Below are positions 58,123 through 64,000 of a stretch of 64,000 nt of DNA, one piece after another; the stretch's first letter is position 1, and every line of letters begins with the position of its first letter. The position numbers and the translations under genes were made by a program. The DNA lies in NCBI GenBank assembly GCA_964604655.1, contig CAZRZY010000008.1:11087-75086 (forward strand). Reading direction: 5' to 3'. The notes beneath the pieces were generated by a model, which saw nothing but the letters and a program-made list of their open reading frames with translations, did no database searches and had not been told where the DNA came from. This DNA is from an uncultured Bacteroides sp. Lineage in GTDB: Bacteria > Bacteroidota > Bacteroidia > Bacteroidales > GCA-2748055.

Positions 58123-58752
58123 ATGCAAGCGAATTTCATCAAGCGCATTCAGAAATTTTTGTGGACTACCCTGATCGGGGGACTGCTGGCCCTGGCACCT
58201 CTGAGCCTGATCGTCCTTTTCTTCCGGTGGGTGATCAATCTGATCGGGCGTAATCTGACCCCACTGGTCGATACCCTGCTGAGAGATACCGATCCCCATC
58301 CACTTTTTAGATTCGCGCTCTATGTGGTGACCTTTTCTGCCATTCTCATCTTCCTGTTCCTTATAGGACTGCTCATACGGACAAGGTTCGCCGTATTTCT
58401 CAATAAAGCGGAGGACCGATATCTGGTGCGGATACCGGGATACAAGCTGACCAAGGAGACTGTGAAGCAGTTTTTCGGGAAGAACCGCTCCTTTTTTAAG
58501 GAGGTGGTGCTGGTCGATATTTTCAATTCAGGAACTCTGATGACCGGGTTCATTACCGATGATCAGGGGGAGGTGATCACCGTCTTTGTTCCCACCGGAC
58601 CCAATCCCACATCAGGAAATATCTATCACCTTGCAAAGGACCGGGTATTGCGGACGGAAGCGACGGTAGACAGCGGGATGAAGTCGATCATCAGCTGTGG
58701 CGCGGGATCTTCGGAAATCTTTGAACGAAAAGTAATGACGGGCGAAGATTAG
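58123..58752 (+). CDS. DUF502 family membrane protein
   Basis: Two TM helices, RIPGY, TVFVPTGPNPTSG, IISCG. Confidence 0.88.
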   Translation: MQANFIKRIQKFLWTTLIGGLLALAPLSLIVLFFRWVINLIGRNLTPLVDTLLRDTDPHPLFRFALYVVTFSAILIFLFLIGLLIRTRFAVFLNKAEDRYLVRIPGYKLTKETVKQFFGKNRSFFKEVVLVDIFNSGTLMTGFITDDQGEVITVFVPTGPNPTSGNIYHLAKDRVLRTEATVDSGMKSIISCGAGSSEIFERKVMTGED

Positions 58753-59399
58753 TTCGTCGCGTTTCCTTCCTCCTTTTCGGTGGATTCGGTTTGCTGGTCC
58801 AGATGACCGAAAAACCTTTTCTGACTGAAAAGTATAATGAACACCGCCACGGTGATACTTGAATCGGCAATGTTGAAAACGGGGCGGAAGAATACAAAAC
58901 TGGCCCCTTCCCGGATCCAGTCCGGATAATTCCCTTTCAATACCGGGAAGTAGAACATATCGACCACCTTCCCGTGAAACAACGGTGCATATCCACCACC
59001 TTCCGGAAAGAGAGTGGCTGCAGTCAGAGGAGTGCTTTCACTGAAGATCAACCCGTAGAATACGGAATCGACGATGTTGCCCAGAGCACCGGCCATTACC
59101 ATGGATAGAGTAAGGATAAGCCCGTTATGCGCCTTGATCCTGATCAGGTGGCGGAGGTAGAATCCAATGGCGATCACAGCAACGATCCTGAAGGAGGTGA
59201 GAAGTATTTTCCCTAATTCTCCGGGCAGGCTCAGTCCGAACGCCATCCCGTTGTTCTCCACGAAATGCAGGATCCCCCAGTTCCCCAGGACGGGGATCTG
59301 TTCATAGAGGTTCATCTGCGTTTTCACCAGAAACTTGAGGATCTGGTCGGCCAGCAAAATGATCCCGATGACCAGTATGGCTTTCCGTGATATGGACAT
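58749..59399 (-). CDS. lspA: Lipoprotein signal peptidase II
   Basis: ADQILK, NNGMAFG, GALGNIVD, VVDM and FNIADS motifs. Confidence 0.95.
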   Translation of the reverse strand: MSISRKAILVIGIILLADQILKFLVKTQMNLYEQIPVLGNWGILHFVENNGMAFGLSLPGELGKILLTSFRIVAVIAIGFYLRHLIRIKAHNGLILTLSMVMAGALGNIVDSVFYGLIFSESTPLTAATLFPEGGGYAPLFHGKVVDMFYFPVLKGNYPDWIREGASFVFFRPVFNIADSSITVAVFIILFSQKRFFGHLDQQTESTEKEEGNATN

Positions 59400-59451
59400 A
59401 CTCGGACCTGTAACGGTCTGGTTTTACCAATCGTGTGACAGAAGATTTTTC

Positions 59452-59826
59452 CTATTGCCTCGATTTTGCCTCTATGGAAAGGGTGGCATGGGGCACCGCA
59501 CGCAACCGCTCCTTGGAAATCAGCTTGCCTGTTTCACGGCAAACTCCGTAGGTCTTGTTCTCGATACGTACGAGAGCAGCCTGAAGATGCTGAATGAATT
59601 TCAACTGACGTTGAGCCAGTCTTCCGGCTTCTTCTTTTGAGAGGGTAGCGGCACCCTCTTCCAGCACTTTAAATGTGGGAGAGGTATCCTGGGTGTCGTT
59701 GCTTTCACTCTGTGTGATGGCCGATTTCAATAGTTCGTAATCTTCCTTGGCCTTCTCTAGCTTCTGCTGGATGATCTCCTTGAACTCCTGCAGCTCAGCA
59801 TCCGAATATCTGTTTTTCTCAGCCAT
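59452..59826 (-). CDS. TraR/DksA family protein (Bacteroidota type)
   Basis: RYSDAEL.EF, ALVRIENKTYGVCRETGKLISKERLRAVPHATLSIEAK. Confidence 0.9.
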   Translation of the reverse strand: MAEKNRYSDAELQEFKEIIQQKLEKAKEDYELLKSAITQSESNDTQDTSPTFKVLEEGAATLSKEEAGRLAQRQLKFIQHLQAALVRIENKTYGVCRETGKLISKERLRAVPHATLSIEAKSRQ

Positions 59827-59885
59827 TAGGTGTGAATTTGATTTCAGTTAAATATACAATAATTTTAATGATTCGGGCCGGTTTT

Positions 59886-62800
59886 TCATACCCGGCTCAC
59901 CTGAATATGAATATACACATCGTCTTCTATGTCAATGCGTTTACCGGAATTATTCTCCATCCGGTCGGTAAGCGAAATACGCTTGGCCAGGGTCTGTGAT
60001 CCAATGTATTCTCCGTGATTGTCAATGGCGTCATTGATCAGTTCGTGTTTTTCGATCACCACCTCGATCCGGTCGGTGACTTCAAACCCACTCTCCTTCC
60101 GGATATTCTGGATCCTGTTGACCAGTTCCCTTGCCACTCCTTCCTGTCGCAACTCTTCTGTAATATGGATATCCAGGGCCACTGTCAGGTTACCCTCATT
60201 GGCCACCAGCCATCCCGGGATATCTTCCGAAATAATTTCCACATCTTCCATTGACAGGGATGCAGTACCCCCGTTCAGCCGGAGTTCAAAGGAACCCTCT
60301 TTTTCAAAAGCGGCTATCTCCTCCTGTTCCATCTTTTGGATGGCGGCATTGACCTCCTTCATTTGTTTCCCGAACCTGGGGCCCAGAGACTTAAAGTTGG
60401 GCTTAATCCGCTTTACCAGGATGCCGGCTGTATCGTGAATGTACTCGATTTCTTTGACATTCACCTCGTTCAATACCAGGTCTTTTACCGCATCAATCTG
60501 CTCCCTGAATCCGCTTTCAATCACCGGGATCATCATTTTATTCAGCGGCTGGCGCACTTTAATATTCACCTTCCGCCTGAGTCCCAGCACCATCGAGGAT
60601 ATCTTCTGGGCCATACCCATGCGCTCTTCCAGAGCCCTGTCAATCACACTCTCATCGTGTGTTGGAAACCGTGTCAGATGGACAGAATCTTCAGCGTGGC
60701 GGCCGGTAGCCGTATTGAGGTCGCAGAAAAGGCGGTCCATGTAGAAAGGTGCGATAGGTGCTGCAAGCATGGACACCGTTTCGAGGCAGGTATAGAGCGT
60801 CTGGTAAGCCGCCCGCTTGTCGCTGTCGAACGATCCTCCCCAGTAACGTTTCCGGTTGAGGCGAACATACCAGTTGCTCAGGTTTTCTGTAACGAATTCC
60901 TGGATAAGCCGTGCCGCACGTGTGGGTTCATACTGCTCGTACTGCTCCTTTACCTCACGGATCAGAGAATGCAACAGGGAGAGGATCCACCGGTCGATCT
61001 CGGGACGTTCGCTGACCGGCACCTCCTTCATCTGGTAATGAAACCCGTCCACATTCGCATATAGAGCAAAGAAGGAGTATGTATTGTAAAGGGTCCCGAA
61101 GAACTTCCTCCTCACTTCGTCCACTCCCGATATGTCGAACTTCAGATTGTCCCACGGCTGGGCATTGGAAATGAGATACCAGCGCAACGGATCCGATCCG
61201 TATTGTTGAATGGTTTCAAAAGGATCGACAGCATTTCCCAGCCGCTTCGACATTTTGTTCCCGTTTTTATCCAGAACCAATCCGTTGGAAATGATATTCC
61301 TGAATGATACCGAGTCGAACAGCATGGTGGCGATGGCATGCAGTGTAAAAAACCATCCGCGGGTCTGGTCCACTCCCTCTGCAATGAAATCGGCCGGAAA
61401 CAACCGTTCGAAGTCCTCCCGGTGCTCGAAGGGATAGTGGTACTGGGCATAAGGCATGGAGCCTGAATCGAACCAGACATCGATGAGCGCCGGCTCGCGG
61501 AACATCCGCTTCCCGCTATCACTGACCAGAATGATCTCGTCCACAAATGGACGGTGCAGATCAAACGCCTGGTAATTCTCCTCTGAAAAGTCCCCCTCCA
61601 CAAAATCTGCCAGCATATTTTTCTCCATAAAACCAGCTTCCACCGACCGATCGATCTCCTTTTTCAGTTCAGCCACCGAGCCGATGCACCGCCGCTCCTG
61701 CTGGTCTTCACTGACCCATATGGGCAGGGGGGTGCCCCAGAACCTGGACCTGGAAAGGTTCCAGTCGACCAGGTTTTCCAGCCATTTACCGAAGCGTCCC
61801 GTACCGGTCGATTCCGGTTTCCACTGGATGGTGTTGTTCAGCTCTATCATTCGCTCCTTCATGGCCGTGGTTCGAACGAACCAGGCATCGATGGGATAGT
61901 AAAGGACCGGTTTGTCGGTGCGCCAGCAATGGGGATAGTTATGGACATATTTTTCGATGCGGAACGCTTTGGCATCCTTCTTCAGCTGAACGGCGATGTC
62001 CACATCCGTGGTGGGATCCTTTTCCGAAAGGGATGGATCATATTCATTTTTTACAAACCTGCCCTCGAATTCGCTGTATGTTTCCAGGTTCACAAACTCT
62101 TTTACAAAAGAGGGATCGAGGTCTTTGACCCGGTAAAATCTCCCCTTGCGGTCGACCAGTGGCTGAGTATTCCCTTCGCGATCGGTTACCAGCACGGCGG
62201 AAATGCCATTAGCCAGGGAGACCCTGTAGTCATCTGCACCAAAGGTGGGAGCGGTGTGCACTATTCCGGTCCCCTCCTCAGTGGTCACGAAATCGCCGGT
62301 GAGCACCCGGAATGCATCTCCCCCGGGCTTTACCCAGTCGAGCAGCTGCTCGTAAAATAGACCCTCCAGTTTCCTGCCTTTAACTGTCTTCACCACCCTG
62401 TAAGGAATATGTTTATTACCCGGTTCATATTCTTCCATGGACAGATCAGCCTCCTTTTCGGAAAAATAAGTGCTCATCAGCTCTTTGGCCAGGATCACCG
62501 TGATGGGATCACCCGAATAAGCATTGAAGGTAGTGACCAGGACATAATCGATCTCTTCACCCACCGTGAGGCCCGTATTGGACGGCAGGGTCCAGGGCGT
62601 GGTGGTCCATGCCAGGATGAAGAGTTCGGTGTCGATGGCTTTGTAAAGCGGTTCGGATCGCTCGTTTCGGATCACTTTGAACTGAGCCACCACCGTGGTG
62701 TCCTTTACGTCCCTGTAGCATCCGGGCTGGTTCAGCTCATGGGTGCTGAGTCCGGTTCCGGCTGCCGGGGAGAATGGCTGGATGGAATATCCCTTGTACA

Positions 62801-63320
62801 GCAGTTCTTTGCTGTAAAGTTTCTGTAACAGGTACCAGACGGTTTCGATGTATTTGTTTTCATAGGTGATATAGGGATCATCCATATTAATCCAGAATCC
62901 CATCGATTCGGTGAGTTCCTCCCACATATCGGTGTATTTCATCACATCCTTACGGCAGGCAGCGTTGAACTCCTCGATGGAAATAGTGGTCCCGATATCT
63001 TCTTTGGTAATGTTCATGGCATTTTCCACTCCCAGTTCCACCGGCAATCCGTGAGTGTCCCAACCGGCCTTGCGGTTGACCTGAAAACCCTGTTGTGTTT
63101 TGTAGCGGCAAAAAATGTCCTTGATGGTACGGGCCATCACATGATGAATGCCCGGCTTGCCATTGGCAGAAGGGGGGCCTTCATTGAAGACAAAGGAAGG
63201 CTGCCCCCCGCGGATCTGGATTGATTTCCTGAAAGTCTGGTTCTTTTGCCAGACCCTGAGGACCTCCTTGTTGATTTCTGAAAGGTCAAACTGCTTATAT
63301 TCAGGAAATTTATTGCTCAT
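59886..63320 (-). CDS. ileS: Isoleucine-tRNA ligase (IleRS2 type)
   Basis: EGPPSANGKPGIHH, GWDTHGLP, WTTTPWTLP, DWNLSRSRFWGTP, EGVDQTRGWF, KMSKR; long IleRS2-type C-terminus; -7 box TATCTTTG at 63356-63363. Confidence 0.97.
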   Translation of the reverse strand: MSNKFPEYKQFDLSEINKEVLRVWQKNQTFRKSIQIRGGQPSFVFNEGPPSANGKPGIHHVMARTIKDIFCRYKTQQGFQVNRKAGWDTHGLPVELGVENAMNITKEDIGTTISIEEFNAACRKDVMKYTDMWEELTESMGFWINMDDPYITYENKYIETVWYLLQKLYSKELLYKGYSIQPFSPAAGTGLSTHELNQPGCYRDVKDTTVVAQFKVIRNERSEPLYKAIDTELFILAWTTTPWTLPSNTGLTVGEEIDYVLVTTFNAYSGDPITVILAKELMSTYFSEKEADLSMEEYEPGNKHIPYRVVKTVKGRKLEGLFYEQLLDWVKPGGDAFRVLTGDFVTTEEGTGIVHTAPTFGADDYRVSLANGISAVLVTDREGNTQPLVDRKGRFYRVKDLDPSFVKEFVNLETYSEFEGRFVKNEYDPSLSEKDPTTDVDIAVQLKKDAKAFRIEKYVHNYPHCWRTDKPVLYYPIDAWFVRTTAMKERMIELNNTIQWKPESTGTGRFGKWLENLVDWNLSRSRFWGTPLPIWVSEDQQERRCIGSVAELKKEIDRSVEAGFMEKNMLADFVEGDFSEENYQAFDLHRPFVDEIILVSDSGKRMFREPALIDVWFDSGSMPYAQYHYPFEHREDFERLFPADFIAEGVDQTRGWFFTLHAIATMLFDSVSFRNIISNGLVLDKNGNKMSKRLGNAVDPFETIQQYGSDPLRWYLISNAQPWDNLKFDISGVDEVRRKFFGTLYNTYSFFALYANVDGFHYQMKEVPVSERPEIDRWILSLLHSLIREVKEQYEQYEPTRAARLIQEFVTENLSNWYVRLNRKRYWGGSFDSDKRAAYQTLYTCLETVSMLAAPIAPFYMDRLFCDLNTATGRHAEDSVHLTRFPTHDESVIDRALEERMGMAQKISSMVLGLRRKVNIKVRQPLNKMMIPVIESGFREQIDAVKDLVLNEVNVKEIEYIHDTAGILVKRIKPNFKSLGPRFGKQMKEVNAAIQKMEQEEIAAFEKEGSFELRLNGGTASLSMEDVEIISEDIPGWLVANEGNLTVALDIHITEELRQEGVARELVNRIQNIRKESGFEVTDRIEVVIEKHELINDAIDNHGEYIGSQTLAKRISLTDRMENNSGKRIDIEDDVYIHIQVSRV

Positions 63321-63414
63321 CAACACCTAATTTGAAGGGGGTTCATAAAATTGCACAAAGATAGACGAGCAGGAGATAATATGCAAGGGGTGGGAAAAAA
63401 TCGAAAACAGGGGA

Positions 63415-64000
63415 TCAATACTTGATCATCTTCAGCACGGTGGGGCTTCCTTCGGAGGGAAGATGATGGAGAAGATAGAGCCCCCGTCCCAGGGCCGATA
63501 CATCGATCCGGTCCTCCTCTTCACGGAGCTCTCTTTGAATGACCATCTGACCTGAAGCGTTGTAGATCAGAAGACGGGCCTTTCCATCACTGGCGGAGAG
63601 GCGAAGGATGTCAGTAACAGGATTGGGATAGATACTGAGTTCTTCCGATCCCGGTTCCTCTCCGGGATCAATCAACGAAGGTAGAGATAAGCGTTTGGTG
63701 GTGTAGATCCGGTACTCGCCCGGATCGAACGGCAAAGGCTCATTGAGGTTTGAAACCTGGAAGCTGTCTGCTGCAAAATAGTCGTACCACCATCCCGTTC
63801 TGCTGAAGAAGGGTTCTAAATTGGCACGGGTGACCCCGAAATTGCCCAGGATCCGGATATCCATATCGGGGTGCTGGATCCCGATCCGTTTGCCGGGACC
63901 GGCAACCTCCAGATGAAAGTCATCGGACCGGAATGCCGGCTCAGTGGTCTTAAGCCTGATCAGGTCCGACCACACCCTGTAAATCTTCTGCCGTTTCTCC
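63415..64000 (-). CDS. 3' end of a T9SS-secreted protein, probably GH13 alpha-amylase-like (partial, runs off the window)
   Basis: Frame open to the window edge; GNFGV, GWWYDY, PGEYRIYT, then a type A CTD (IYPNPV..IYNASGQMV..GLYLL..KMIK). Confidence 0.75.
   Translation of the reverse strand, partial: EKRQKIYRVWSDLIRLKTTEPAFRSDDFHLEVAGPGKRIGIQHPDMDIRILGNFGVTRANLEPFFSRTGWWYDYFAADSFQVSNLNEPLPFDPGEYRIYTTKRLSLPSLIDPGEEPGSEELSIYPNPVTDILRLSASDGKARLLIYNASGQMVIQRELREEEDRIDVSALGRGLYLLHHLPSEGSPTVLKMIKY

Noticed and set aside
63321-63414. Possible T-box or attenuator upstream of ileS
   Set aside because: The -7 box lies about 35 nt from the ATG, leaving no room, and no T-box motif is present.
1-64000. 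CRISPR arrays, tRNA/rRNA genes, IS elements, integrases, defence systems
   Set aside because: No spaced direct repeats, RNA-gene signatures, or transposase, integrase or nuclease-effector ORFs seen; spacers are too short except at the origin.

Overview
Gene-dense core-chromosome segment of a Bacteroidota bacterium, probably Bacteroidales. This rests on TAnnTTTG -7 promoters, a T9SS C-terminal-domain protein, and Bacteroidota-type DksA, IleRS2 and IspG. It holds about 60 CDSs, mostly housekeeping (dnaG, rnpA, polA, uvrC, apt, mnmG, ybeY, dut, pheS, ruvB, nadA, rpiB, hemW, lgt, ispD, ispG, cysS, rnr, lspA, ileS). I found no rRNA, tRNA, CRISPR array, prophage or IS element. The main non-coding feature is a probable replication origin in the nadA-rpiB spacer (about 31190-31580), with no dnaA gene in the window. 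It has a DnaA-box cluster, an AT-rich unwinding element flanked by two head-to-head DnaA-trio-like arrays, and two face-to-face promoters. An apparent GC-skew switch and a perfect parS palindrome at the mnmG 3' end support it. Other points of interest: a USP gene and a PAS hybrid kinase in one frame separated by a single TAG; a lgt-zupT-CDF-CDF-hemerythrin-LuxR operon with a symmetric bidirectional promoter and one CDF lacking its metal-site Asp residues; a GIHH-motif IleRS2; a putative Pho box; an unannotated 57-aa membrane protein; and convergent junctions without visible terminators. All calls are by-eye motif recognition with no database searches.
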